From positions 14,448,001 to 14,512,000 of the forward strand of contig CM059433.1 of assembly GCA_030390025.1 (NCBI GenBank): 64,000 nt of DNA, given 5' to 3'. Each line of letters begins with the position of its first letter. Positions within the stretch are counted from its first letter, which is position 1. Shown one piece after another: positions 11,809 to 24,722 of this stretch. The notes below the pieces were generated by a model. The model saw only the letters and a program-made list of their open reading frames with translations. It had not been told where the DNA came from and made no database searches. The position numbers were made by a program, and so were the translations under genes. The DNA is from Squalus acanthias. Lineage: Eukaryota.

Positions 11809-12715
11809 ATGAACAATGAGAAGGATGCTAGGAGGCTACAGAGTGACTTGGACAGGTTGGGTGAATGGGCAAATGTATGGCAGATGAAGTACAATGTGGA
11901 TAAATGTGAGGTTATCCACTTTGGTGGTAAAAATAGGGAGGCAGACTATTACCTGAATGATGGCAGATTAGGGAAAGGGGAGGTGCAACGAGACCTGGGC
12001 GTCATGGTACATCAGTCACTGAAGGTGGGAATGCAAGTGCAGCAGGCAGTCAAGAAAGCAAACGGCATGATGGCCTTCATAGCAAGGGGATTTGAGTACA
12101 GGAGTAGGGAGGTGATGCTACAGTTGTACAGGGCCTTGGTGAGGCCACACCTGGAGTATTGTGTGCAGTTTTGGTCTCCTAACTTGAGGAAGGACATTCT
12201 TGCTATTGAGGGAGTGCAACAAAGGTTCACTAGATTGATTCCTGGGATGGCCAGACTGACATATCAAGAAAGACTGGATCAACTGAACTTGTATCCTCTG
12301 GAGTTCAGAAGAATGAGGGGGGATCTTATAGAGACGTTTAAAATCCTGACTGGTTTAGACAAATTAGATGCGGGCAGAATGTTTCCAATGTTAGGGGAAA
12401 CTAAAACCAGGGGTCACAGTCTAAGGATAAAGGGGAAGCCATTTAAGACTGAGATGAGGAGGAACTTCTTCACCCAGAGAGTGGTGAATCTGTGGAATTC
12501 TCTTCCACAGAAGGTTGTTGAGGCCAGTTCGCTAAATATATTCAAAAGGGAGTTAGATATAATACTCACAACTAGGGGGATCAAGGGGTATGGCGAGAAA
12601 GCGGGAATGGGGTACTGAGGTAGCATGTTCAGCCATGAACGCATTGAATGGCGGTGCAGGCTCGAAGGACCAAATGGTCTACTCCTGCACCTATTTTCTA
12701 TGTTTCTATGTTTCT
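11809..12715 (+). mobile_element. CR1 LINE 3' fragment nested in the PLE
   Basis: LQSDLDRLGEWANVWQMKYNVDKC...LVRPHLEYCVQFWSP...FFTQRVVNLWNSLP, stop at 12618, hairpin 3' UTR and (TTCTATGT)n tail. Confidence 0.92.
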
Positions 12716-13179
12716 ATCTCTTCCTATCACGACTCTATTTTTTCTCCCCTTGTCCAGTCTCTTCCCACCTACATCCGCGACTCTTCCGACACCCTCCGTC
12801 ACTTTAACAGTTGCCAGTTTCCTGGCCCCAACCGTCTCCTTTTCACTATGGACGTCCAATTCCTTTACACTTCCATCCCCCACCAGAATGGCCTGAGGGC
12901 GCTCCGCTTCTTCCTTGAACAGAGACCCAACCAGTCCCCATCCACCACCACCCTCCTCCACCTGGCTGAACTTGTTCTCACATTTAACAACTTCTTTCAC
13001 TCCACTCACTTCCTCCAAATTAAAGGTGTTCCTATGGGAACCCGCATGGGTCCCAGCTATGCCTGCCTTTTTGTGGGATATGTGGAACATTCTTTGTTCC
13101 AGTCCTACTCAGGTCCCCTCCCTCACCTCTTTTTCCGGTACATTGATGACTGTATCGGTGCTGTTTCCTGCTCCCGACC

Positions 13180-13888
13180 TGCACAAACGAACCGCGCCGA
13201 CCGTAATGCTCTGGGCCGGCATAGAATTCCGATCCTGGGCCTCCTCCAGCTGCCGGTGTGCAGGGCTTGCGTATCCCAGGGGCGCAGTTAGTTCGCAGCG
13301 TCCCCTGGGATCATGTGGGCCATGGGGAGCCAGTCAGAGCAGGGAATCTCCATTCATAGATTTGACAGGAAGACCTGTCAAATCTATGAATAGAGATCAG
13401 CCCCAAAACATAAGTAAAACTTCAAATAAATTTAAAAAAAACATCACATTTTTAAAATGACTATAAATGACATAAATTAACTACTTTAAACAAAAATTTT
13501 GATTTTTGAAAAAAATAATTAAAGTTTTTAACGGGGCTAAAAATAAACTTACCTTTCTTTAATATAAAAATGATAAATAAGTGTTAAAAACAAATTTCTT
13601 TTACTGATATCACCTCTTACCTTGTTAAAAGCAGGCCTTGCGCCTGCTTTTCCAGGCACAGCTGCTACCGACTTACCCGGACTGCATCAACCTCGAAAAA
13701 AACGGAAGTTCCAGGCGTACGCGCTGCCTCTCCGTCGCAGGCGATTGACCTGCGAACCCCTTTCTGCAGAGAACGGAAGTTCCGGTTTCCAGCGCATGCG
13801 CAGTGCATGCGTGAAATCGGCACTTCCGTTGGCCCTACGGGTGAGTACACAGCGCGTACACACCCGTAGGGAACGGAATTTCGGAGCC
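13180..13888 (-). mobile_element. Partial Harbinger-type MITE (same family as 45910-46666 and 62759-63330)
   Basis: Reverse-orientation homology to 45910-46666; terminus GAATTTCGGAGCC. Confidence 0.7.
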
Positions 13889-14549
13889 ATTTATTTTTTT
13901 TCTCTCTCCCACATGGCAGCTGTCTTTCATTCTGCCAGTGCCGTTTACACTTCATCTAGAGCCATCCTTTGTTTCTTAACTTGTCCCATTACCATCTCCT
14001 TTTGCCTCGCACCATCTCTTAATGTCTCTTAATCTCTCCTGCCTTCCATCCTATCACAGACCTTCCCTTTTGTTCTTTCCTCCCCTCCCCCCTTTCCCTG
14101 CCCCTGCACTTGCTTAAAAACCTGTTCCATCTCCAGCTTTTTCCAGTTCTGACAAAGGGTCATCGACCTGAAACGTTAACTCTGTTTCTCTCTCCACAGA
14201 TGCTGCCTGACCCGCTGAGTATTTCCAGCATTTTCTTTTTTTATTTCAGATTTCCAGCATCCGCAGTATTTTGCTTTTGTATAAGATATTCAAAAGTCTG
14301 TCCCTGAACAGATCTGTGTGTATCTGTGGAGGTTATGCATGGGTAAAGCACTAGCTCAGCTCAGCATTTGGTGGAAGGGATCAACGGTCACCTGTGCTTT
14401 TGTCTAAATCAATAAGCCCTGCATTGCAAGACCAGAACTGTCTGTGTTATTACCACGAGTTGCTGTTATTGTGTGATAAATCATTTCTATAATAATATTT
14501 AGCAGTACTACACTCACTACGCATTACTTTCATATGGTAAAAGAATGAA

Positions 14550-15071
14550 GGCCAAATCCCTGCACCGTAACAGGTACGCCCAAGGCACACCCGATATTGG
14601 ACCTCGGCTCTCAGTTATATGAGACCGGCGAGCTGTAGATCGGCATCGGATTTCGGGCCGCTGTGGTGCCATTAGTGGCCCTCAGATAGGTCCGCGTGGG
14701 GCGGGGGTAGAGGCGATCAGGAGGGGGCTGAACAGCAGCTGGCAACCGTCTTGGGAACCGCAGTGAAGCTGGGAGAAGCACTCCTGCTCCTCCTGAATCT
14801 ACATTCGAGTAAGTATTTTTTTGTGGCAAACTTACCTATTTGGTGGTGGCCGCCAGTGGACAAGGACAGCTGGTTAGGTCTCAAGTAGATGTTTTTTCCT
14901 GAATGCAGCCAGCCCCATTCAGGGCAGACCAATTTTGCAAACAGGCATTAGACCCCGTATTTGCCTAAGCAAAGGGCCCAACACCTGGCTACTGCCACCC
15001 GCCATATTGGGCATTTGGGCGCCCGTTTTACGCCTGTAATACAGTCGTGGTGTCAACCAATTTCAGGGCCC
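14550..15071. mobile_element. Probable Harbinger-type MITE
   Basis: GC-rich block starting GGCC and ending AATTTCAGGGCC; ends approximate. Confidence 0.5.
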
Positions 15072-15603
15072 AAGAGTCAATAATAACTTGCAAAAGTTAC
15101 TTCATTTTAATATTTAAGACCTCTTTAATCCATCCAGAGTAAATTAATTCTGGCTTCAAACATTGAAAATGCAGTCCAAAATGCTGCAAAGTGCACTAAA
15201 ATAGCGTCAATGATCAAAATTTCCTGGGGGTGCAGACTCCCTGGAAAATAAACCCGGCACCTTCAGTGCTCACCTCCCCCTTCAGAAATTTCCAGATCCA
15301 CCACTGCGAGAAATGTATTTTTGTGAACTCAGTTTTTCCCTGCAATACAAGTATTGGATATTTCTGGCCTCGCGTTTATACAGAAATTGTACCAAAATTG
15401 ATACTTATTTTTAAGTTGATCTGATGATGGCAACTGACGCTGAAATTTCCTCAGAATCTCATTAGCACAAACTGAAATGTAAAATCGGATGTAAAACAAG
15501 CGGAAAGCAGCGGAAACAATCGGGACCCCGGTGAAAGTGCGAAACGTACACCGCCGATCTTCTTTACGTCGCTCTTTATCCTGCTGATGTTATGAAAATT
15601 AAA

Positions 15604-15898
15604 ACAGTAGCAAAATACTGCGGATGCTGGAAATCTGAAATAACAACAGAAAATGCTGGAAACACTCAGCAGGCCAGGCAGCATCCGTGGAGAGAGAAAC
15701 AGAGTCAACGTTTCAGGTCTGGGACCCTTCATCAGAACTGGAAAAAGCTGGAGATGTAACAGATTTTAAGCAGATGCAGAGGCAGGGAGGGCGGGGGAGG
15801 GAGGGGGGGGGAGGAAGGAACTGAAGGAATATTCTGTGCTAAAGTAGAAGGCAGGAAAGATAAAATGTTGCAAATGGGGATGGCAAAATCATACAGCC
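15604..15898 (-). mobile_element. Solo pLTR of PLE family C, with intact HHR motif at 15703-15739
   Basis: Minus strand agtt-CTGATGA-a-gggtc cca gacct-GAAA-CGTT-gact; TSD TGAAAATTAAA (15593-15603, 15899-15909). Confidence 0.8.
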
Positions 15899-15951
15899 TG
15901 AAAATTAAAGTTTGAAGCCATCAAACCATCATTTATGCACATTAAGCACAG

Positions 15952-16674
15952 TGGCCTGGAGTTTCCGCTCGGTTGCACTGGTTTTTACGCCGCAATTCAC
16001 CCAAAATCGGCGCAACCAGTGCAAAAGATCATAGAATTTCATGAGTAAATTACATTCAGCGCATTTCGAGTTTCGGCGATCTTTTGCGCTGGTTCAAGAG
16101 ACATCACACTGGAAGCCGGCCCCGCCCACAAATCTGACCACGCCCCCAGCTCAAATTAATCACCATTGGGAGTTTCCGCTAATTGCGCCCGTTGCCAACC
16201 TTCGAGAAGCCTCTTAAAATTTAGCTGTTAGGTTTTAGGCACCAGGGCACGTTTTAAAAGTTTTAAAATATATATATATTTTTTTAATATACTTAGAAAT
16301 TGACGACTGTACACCAATATAACTAGCAACTCATTCCGCATAGTTTTTTGAAGTCATTCTCAGTCATTTAAATTCGGGTTACTTCGGGTGGACGAGACAC
16401 TGGGATTTTTGTGATAAACCCATTTTCAGCGGTACTAGTGAAACTGCACCAGGCTACCACTCTTAAATATATCAAAGAATCTTTTTTTTTAAAGCAAAAC
16501 ACTTTTAAAAATAAATTATATTCTAAACCACTGCCCGAATGCGCTGGCTCATTGCAGATTTTGTAATTGGCAATATGCAAATCAGTTTGAGCGGAAACTT
16601 GAGAGAAAAAAAAATCTCAAAACGAGTGCGATTTTGGGCATAATTTGCGCCCAGATCGAGCGGAAACGCTACCA
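15952..16674. mobile_element. MITE with CAG TSD
   Basis: TGGCCTGGAGTTTCCGCTC...GAGCGGAAACGCTACCA, flanked by CAG on both sides. Confidence 0.65.
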
Positions 16675-16974
16675 CAGCTGTTTAAGAAAATGCAACTGTG
16701 GAAGCTTTCCTACTTTTTAATGTAACAGATTCTCATGCCATAAAAAGACACAGTCCAGATCTCAGTGAGGAGGAATAAAAATAAATCGCTGCTAAACTCA
16801 GAAACCAATAGCTTGGTAAAAGTCACGAGATTGCCTGGAAGAAATGATCTCGGACCACTAGTTACACATGCGCTGCAGCATAACTACAAGCTGCGCACAA
16901 TGAACTTTTTCAACTTTATTTTAAACAAAATCAAAAGTAGTCAGGCAGTCAGTTTTAAATTTCCAATAGAAAGA

Positions 16975-17690
16975 GTCGGCTATCCCACCGCCGTTGACAT
17001 TCAACGGCATTACCATCACCGAATTCCCCACCATCAACATCCTGGAGGTCACCATTGACCAGGAACTTAACTGGACAAAATACTGTGGGAACAAGAGCAT
17101 TCTGCAGCGAGTGTCTCACCTCCTGACTCCCCAAAGCCTTTCCACCATCTACAAGGCACAAGTCAGGAGTGTGATGGAATACTCTCCACTTGCCTGGATG
17201 AGTGCAGCTCCAACAACACTCAAGAAGCTCGACACCATCCAGGACAAAGCAGCCCGCTTGATTGGCACCCCATCCACTACCTTAAACATTCACTCCCTCC
17301 ACCACCGGCGCACCATGGCTGCAGTGTGCACCATCTACAAGATGCACTGCAGCATCTCACCAAGGCTTCTTTGGCAGCACCTCCCAAACCCGCGACCTCT
17401 TCCACCTAGAAGGACAAGGGCAGCAGGCGCATGGGAACACCACCACCTCCAAGCTCCCCTTCAAGTCACACATCATCCTAACTGGGAAGTATATCGGCCG
17501 TTCCTTCATCGTCGCTGGGTCAAAATCCTGGAACTCTCTCCCTAACAGCACTGTGGGAGTACCTTCACCACACGGACTGCAGCGGTTCAAGAAGGAGGCT
17601 CACCACCACCTTCTCAAGGGCAATTAGGGATGGGCAATAAATGCTGGCCTTGCCAACGATGCCCAGATCCCATGAATGAATAAAAAAAAA
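16975..17690 (+). mobile_element. LINE family B 3' portion
   Basis: ORF 16994-17545 IYKAQVRSVMEYSPLAW...HSLHHRR; A-rich tail. Confidence 0.88.
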
Positions 17691-18367
17691 ACTCTTTTCT
17701 AACTTTAGAAATTTCATCTGCAGTTGTACATTGGTGCCCAGAGTATTTTGCATGCACTTAAATATGCATGCACAGAGCTCAGCTTTCTACACTTCAACAA
17801 CAATGTGAACAGGCAGTATAACTGTGGCTGACCCCTTGTATCACTCGTAAAAATGCTCGCAATGATGCGCCACTTGGTGCAAGGTCTGCTGGGCTCAGGC
17901 TCTTTCATTTAAAATTCAGCGTTCATATCTTTTCTTCTCTTCCTTCCTCCTGCCGGGCTTTGACATTAACAGAAGCAAAAGTCATTACACGTACAAATTG
18001 GATATATTTTGGAATGGTGATTAAAAAGTCCGCGTGCAACGTTTTCTGTCGTGCCAGTTTTGTTGAAAATTGTATAAGCGAGTGACGTGGTGCTGGTTGC
18101 TGCACTGCTGCTTCTGTGCATCGCTTCTCTGCTCCTTTCCATGTTTTTTAATAACTGCTGCTTTCCTCATTTCTTCTCTGACTTATGGCCTTTGTTTCTC
18201 ACGTGCATGTCTTTTGCTGCTCACTTAAATTCCTCTTCCCCCTCCCCCCACCCTCGCTATTTTGTGCAGCCAGGTTTGTGCAAATATGATTTCCCACTTG
18301 ATCTTAAGTACATGTCACCTCCCCCAAATTTAACTAGATTTGCTAAGCAAATGTTCTTAAACAGGTG

Positions 18368-18422
18368 TCTTTCTTTCTTTCTCTCTTTCTTTCTTTCTCT
18401 CTTTCTTTCTCTCTTTCTCTCT
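18368..18422. repeat. (CTTT/CT)n microsatellite
   Basis: Direct reading. Confidence 0.9.
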
Positions 18423-18865
18423 CAGTTGGTAGCACACTCGACTCAGAGTCAGAAGGTTGTGGGTTCAAGTCCCACTCCAGGGACTTGAGCACATAAAGCT
18501 AGACTGACACTCCCAGTGCAGTGCTGAGGGAGTGCTGCACTGTCAGAGGTGCCGTTAAACCGAGGCCCCGTCTGCTCTCTCAGGTGGACGTAAAAGATCC
18601 CGTGGCCACTATTTCGAAGAAGAGCAGGGGAGTTATCCCCGGTGTCCTGGGGCCAATATTTCTCCCTCAATCAACATAACAAAAACAGATTATCTGGTCA
18701 TTATCACATTGCTGTTTATGGGAGCTTGCTGTGCGCAAATTGGCTGCCACGTTTCCCACATTACATCAGCGACTCCACTTCAAAAGTACTTCATTGACTG
18801 TAAAGCTTTTTGAGACGTCCGGTGGTCATGAAAGGTGCTATATAAATGCAAGTCTTTCTTTCTTT
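18421..18865 (+). mobile_element. tRNA-derived SINE, Deu-domain type (SacSINE1-like)
   Basis: Box A remnant and box B (GGTTCAAGTCCC), central conserved block, tail gaaaggtgctatataaatgcaagtctttc. Confidence 0.8.
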
Positions 18866-19445
18866 GTAATAAAAGATGGCAGGAAATGCGACCAGCTGTT
18901 TGTCACCTGCTGATGCCACTTCCTTAGTTACAAAAGCACAATATAGAATCATTTATGGCACAGAAGGAGGCCATTCGGCCCATCATCTCCGTGCCCGTGC
19001 CAACCAACAAAATAATTCCAAAAACATAGAATACAATATAAATGTAATTATTTTACACAATACAAAATGCAGTTCTCAAAATAAAATGTGTGAGCAATTC
19101 ATTATAGCCCAGGAAATGGGCGCTAACTTTGGAAAAGTTTGAGATTTAGTGCCAGGCGCTAATGAATCTCGCTGCACGCAAAATTCAGTGTTATCGCTCA
19201 AAGAAAGGATGGGAGCGCAAATCAAGCGCTAACGGTCTCGCTCAGTGGCGTTAGACTCAAAGTGCTAACCAATATCAGGTGCATTCTAATTGCAAGTCAT
19301 CATTGCCACAAGGTTTTTCCAGTTCTTAAGGGGAGTTTCGTTCATGCTGCAGAATCTCATTCTCAGCATTGCTGCCTGTGAACCTGTGTCAGCCAGCAGG
19401 AGCAAGCCAAGCCCAAAGAGCCGGACGACTCAACCAACTGTACTC

Positions 19446-21286
19446 ATGGCAGATCCACACCCCAGGGAGAAAGCCCGCAGATTTTCAGACCAAGCACTGG
19501 AGGAGTTGGTGTTCGCTGTGGAGAGACGGAGGGCGGTGCTTTACCCAGCAAGTGGCAGGAGGTCCTCGCCTCAAGTTTTCCGCACCATGTGGAGGGAGGT
19601 AGCCCATCAGGTCTCGGGCAGCACTGTGGTCCCCAGGACCCACACACAGTGCAGGAAGAAATTTAACAACCTCACTCGGGTGGTCAGGGTGAGTCAATGC
19701 TTCAACAAATGCTACATACCACCGTCTGAACCACAGTCTGCACAAACTGGCAAAAGCACCACACCCCCAGCACTCACCCACCAACAATCTCTACCTACCA
19801 ACACTCACACCCACATCTCACACCTTGCACACAATGACAGCTATTCAACTATGGCAGGCACACCACCCAAACACATTGCTCCACACTCACTCACACACTT
19901 TCCTTTCTCTTGCAGGCCAAGGTGGCTCACAACAGGAGGGAGCAGGAGTGCACAGGCGGGGGACAAGCCGACACCCAACCACTTTCTGAGCTGGAGTATA
20001 GAGTGCTGCAGATTATTGGGCGCCAGGTGGTGGGCGCCGTGACCACCGGCAACGTTGACCCCCTTGGGGACAACAACGGTATGTTCATCCTGACTCCTTC
20101 TTCTCACATCCCACTTCCCCCTCACCCCACAAGCCTTTTGCACTTTCCAGCTAATCATGCTGTATGCATGCATTTCTCCCTTCCTGCCCCCCTCCCTTCA
20201 CCTTAACCCATCTCTTGTGCCTTTATGCTTTCAGATAATGAGCAAGCACCTGAGCAGCCTGTCCCTGAAGGCACCGTAGAGAGCGAGGCAGAAGAAGAGG
20301 AGGAGGAAGAACACACCGCGTCACTGCATGTCTCACCCGCAGACACCAGCTCAGATACTAACACGACGCATTCTTTAGAGGCTAGTATAGTAGCGGGATC
20401 TGCACAGGGTGAGGCACCGGGGATGAGTGGGCTGCAGCAAAGCCAGGGGGAAAGGGTCGCTCGGGGTCCAGCTCCCCAGAGGTCGAGTTCGCGCGCGAAG
20501 TCTACTGCACAGGACTCAGATGAGGACCTCGATGGGGAGGTGTTTAGAAAAAGGGTGATGGGCATGCACACCGAGATGATAGGTGCAATGGCAAGGGTGC
20601 CCGAGAGCCTGTTGGCAATGGTAAGGAGTGTGGAGGAGTCCGCGTCCAACATTGCACAAGGCTCTGTGCACACCATGGAGACCATCATTTCCAGTCTGCA
20701 AAGGATGGTAGACTCCCAGAGAGACCGTGGCGACCCAGACCTGATGCCACGTGTGATGGGCGTTCTGGCAACCTTCATTGCAGCACAGGCGGAAGCGACG
20801 CAACATCTTAGTGCTGTAATGCAGTCTATGGTTGGTGCCATTCAATCTCAGACTGCACTCATGCTGTCTCAGCTTGATGTCACACAAGCTCTGACTGCTG
20901 CCATCATGGCTGGGTCTACATCATCGACCGGGGCTTTCACGGTGTCGCAGCAGGCCAGCAATCTGTGCTCCAACAGATTGCTAGGGATGCTGAGGTGCTG
21001 CCCCGGGGGGAGTGGCAGTGGGTCAGTGGAGCCGGAACCTGCTGTCCTCCCTCAGGATGACAGCATTCCTGCTCCCACCACTGCCACTCCGCCATTGCCC
21101 TTGTCGCTGCCTGTCATCCAGCCAGCCCAGACTGCTGCCGCCCATGCTGAGGTGGTGCAGTCTACAGCCGGGCCTTCCAGGTCCAGAGCTGGTCGAAGGT
21201 GTCCTGCAAGGCCATCTGTAGTCTCCCGCACGGACACTCAGCAGCCTTCCACCAGCCCTGCTGCCGCCACTGGGTCAACACTTTGA
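19446..21286 (+). CDS. Harbinger Myb/SANT-like DNA-binding protein, 3 exons (19446-19688, 19916-20078, 20235-21286), about 485 aa
   Basis: MADPHPREKARRFSDQALEELV...MWREVAHQV...RTHTQCRKKFNNL then AKVAHNRREQECTGGG; GT-AG introns (gtgagt/ttgcag, gtatgt/tttcag) with matching phases 0 and 1; no internal stop. Confidence 0.75.
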
Positions 21287-22480
21287 GGAGCACCAGAGTA
21301 GGCAAAGGCACAGTAACGACACGCACTATGGGATTGCACAAGGATGAATAGTAAATATTGTTGTTGTAAAGATGTGTTCACTGATTGTTGATAAATTGAT
21401 TAATTCACTTCAGATCATTTTGTAATGTCTCTCATTTCAGCTGTGCCCTGTGATATGGCCTGCGACAGGGATGGAATGATGGGGATGTGGTGAGCAATGG
21501 GGATCTGGGCTTGAATTTACTGGAACCGCAGTCTGATGAGGCGGTCATGGGCCGCCCTTCCAGAAGGTCGATTGAGTGGCTGCCTCCTCCCTCGCTCCAG
21601 TTCCTCCTCCTCCTCTCTCTCTTCCTCCTCCTGAGGTGGTCCCGCTTTCCCTGCTGGCAAGGGCTGGGCCCTCATGATGGCCAAGTTGTGGAGCATGCAG
21701 CAGACCACCACGAAATGGGACACCCGCTCCGGCGAGTACTGGAGGGCTCCTCCCGAGTGGTCAAGGCAACGGAACAGTTGCTTGAGCACCCCGATGGTCT
21801 GCTCGATGACGTTCCTGGTGGCAGCATGGCTCTCATTATATGAGTGCTGTGCAGGTGTGTTGGGGTTGCGGAGGGGATTCATGAGCCAGGTGGAGAGCGG
21901 ATGCCTGTTGTCTCCGACCAGCCAGCCGCGAGCTTGATGTGCTGGCTGGAAGAGTGCTGGAACACCGGTCTGGCGCAGGATGAAGGCATCGTGGTTGCTG
22001 CCAGGCTAGCGGGCATTCACATTGCGATTCGCTGTCTGTGGTCGCACACCAACTGGATATTAAGTGAGTGGTAGCCTTTGCAGTTACAGAAGATCTCAGA
22101 ATTGTTTTGTGGTGCCCACAAAGCCACGTGGGTGAAGTCAATGGCGCCCTGCACCATGGGGAATCTCGCTATCATGGCAAAGGCACATTCACATTCGTCC
22201 TGCTTCTCTCTGGTGATGGGGAAGGAAATGTAGTCCGTTCTCCTACTGGATAGAGCCTCTGTGACCTCTCGGATGCAGTGATGGATGGCGAACTGCGAGA
22301 TATTACCTATATCTCCTGTTGCAGTCTGGAAGGATCCACTGGCGAAGAAATTGAGGGTGACGGTGACCTTGACTGCCACTGAGAGAGCCGTCCTTGTCCT
22401 GATCTGAGGCTCGAGGTCTGGTTGCAGGAGGTGGCTGAGTTCTGTGTCCACCTCCTTGCTGAAGCGGAGGCTTCTAAGAT

Positions 22481-23412
22481 TGTAAAGGAATAGCCATATT
22501 TCAGAAAAATACACCATCCTATGAACAGAATTCTGGCATTATTAAAATATGACAAACTGGGTTTAAAAATCTAATAGCCTCAACGACACAAGCTGTAAAT
22601 ACAGGCTTCTGAGATAAGATGAGTCGTTAACACAAAGCTGGAAACACCATACAAGCTTCTGAAATGGGAAATGGTTATTGACACTGAGACAATGGCCTAT
22701 TGAAGAAGCAAAGGCTTGCTTCCAAGGCGTCTGCAGTTTGGAACCAACACAATTACTATACCCAGTTTAATGTGTTAAAAAATAACACTTCGAACAGAAA
22801 CACAAAACATTAAAAAACCATGCGCCTTTGTAAAAGTAACATCAAATGAAACAGGAAACACAATTATATATACAACCAATTGAAGTATCTAAGAAATGCA
22901 TGGAACACACTAGTTGAAGTGGTTTTGATTTACATATTGTAAATATGATACCTACAGAACACTTTGACGATATAGGGCTGGATTTTCAATGACCCGTGGA
23001 GTCGGGTTTGGAGGCGTGTGGGGGGTTAAGTTGCAGATTCGGGGGTCCCGACCCCATCCCGACTCCATGCAATTTTGACAAAATCGGTCGCGGGGTTCCC
23101 GACTCCGTCCCGCCTCCAAAAGGCGGGAGAGGCCATTAAAGCCCTTAACAAGCCCTAAATTGGCTCTGTAATGCCATTTTGAAATGTTTTAGCTAGTTTA
23201 ACCCTTTTCTGACGTGAAGTACGCCTGATGTGAAACACGTCAGTGAAACCTGGCGGGAGTACAAGTGGATAGCTGACTATCAGCTGCAGGTCCACTATTA
23301 CAATGGAGATGTGATGAAGGTAGTAGTAGTATTATGTCTGAAAGTCACCTCTGATGCTGCTGCATTGATTGTCTTCAGAGACTGCCTGGGTGGACTTGGT
23401 TGCAAAAAAAAT

Positions 23413-23448
<36 letters not shown>

Positions 23449-23450
23449 AT

Positions 23451-23485
<35 letters not shown>

Positions 23486-24722
23486 GAGATGCTGCTCATT
23501 TTGCATCCAGGTCCTCTCACAGCAAAGGCCAGGCAATCACTGAGACCAGGCAGTCAGTCTCTGATTTGCAATGATGACATCATCAGAGGCGACTTTCAGA
23601 ATGAAACCACTAATTGGTTCATGGGTTCCCACATGCTGGAACTCAATTGCCCAATTAAGTGAAAATTGCATCATTCATCCACATTAATCTGGAGTCGGGG
23701 GGGGGGGGGCAACACGCAATGCGGGTAACACGACCCCAACCTGACCCCAAGACAAAATCCAGTCCATAATATCAATAGATGACACCAAGTAATCACATTG
23801 TGGTTGTACTGAAAATGGAACAGTTAGTCGACATAACGTCTGCTTATAACCAGTTAAGGAGATATTAAGAATTCAATAGAAGACCTCATAAGAATGGCAT
23901 CAAATAGATAAATCTGTTAAACCATATTTTATGATAAAATTGAAATACCTATATAGCAGACAGGATTCTGAGAGTTAGCAGCTGAACTAACAGTAAGAAT
24001 AGAAAGAAGTCAACAGAAAGTCTGACTAGAGATAATTAGCTTACATCAGCAGAAAACTTCAAAGTAGATACCACTGTAAAAAGAGTATAAGATATGGGAT
24101 TTTCAAATGAGAAAACAGAAGTCGCTGGAACGGGCAGGCGATTCTCAGCTTTAGAGGCAGGCTCTGTAAGTTTTTAACTCTTTGAGTCTCAGGGATCAAA
24201 TGGTACTTTTATTTGATTTTGGTGGATATTCTGGATTAAGAATAAGTAGAAATGTAAAAATGTAACGAAGTTAAGATTTGAGAATAAGGATCTCTGAGAA
24301 TAAGGATTGTAACCTATTTGTCTTTTGAACTGTTAAAGTTGCGATTGACTCACAAGCTGTTAATTAAATGTTGGTTCCTTAGTAAATCTATATATTTTTA
24401 GAATTATCTCACAGAGTACTTCTGTATCAAACTCGCGAACTCAAATCTCTGTACACTCTTTTGTGAGGAGTTGCAGAATTCTGGGGGGTTTTCCAGACCC
24501 TCATAATATCCGGAAGGTTACAGTCTAGTTAAACTTATTAAAAGTGCTATCTGGAGGATGGTAATATCTTCAAGTCGTTTTCTTTCCTTTAGGGAGAGAT
24601 CGTCTAGACCTTTAGACCCAATTAAGTGTCTTATAGGATTCGGCTATCTCTAACTTTAGTCTGGGGAATACGTTTGATCTGGGGTAGCCCGAGAAGCGCT
24701 AGGACTTGTAATTATCCCTTCA
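22481..24722 (+). mobile_element. Long solo LTR (about 1.45 kb net of the nested MITE)
   Basis: TGTAAAGG...CCCTTCA with 4-bp TSD AGAT; the empty site is visible in the duplicate copy near 30105. Confidence 0.8.
22975..23765 (+). mobile_element. Harbinger-type MITE nested in the LTR
   Basis: TIR GGGCTGGATTTT / AAAATCCAGTCC, TSD ATA; near-identical to 50895-51611; internal (CT)n at about 23413-23484. Confidence 0.9.

Larger units (their letters stand above)
11667..14282 (+). mobile_element. Penelope-like element (family C): RT fragment plus pLTR, interrupted by a CR1 and a MITE
   Basis: RFYLLPKIHK...PGRPI (about 11720-11800) resumes near 12716 with MDVQFLYTSIP...GVPMGTRMGPSYA...FRYIDD; pLTR at about 13890-14282; TSD AAGATATTCAA (11656-11666, 14283-14293). 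Confidence 0.85.

Noticed and set aside
11581..12618. 345-aa ORF appearing to be a novel PLE-CR1 hybrid RT
   Set aside because: Accidental in-frame fusion from a CR1 fragment inserted into a Penelope RT; the PLE frame resumes after the CR1 tail.
12590..13291. 233-aa ORF as an independent gene
   Set aside because: Chimera of CR1 3' UTR, PLE RT fragment and MITE sequence.
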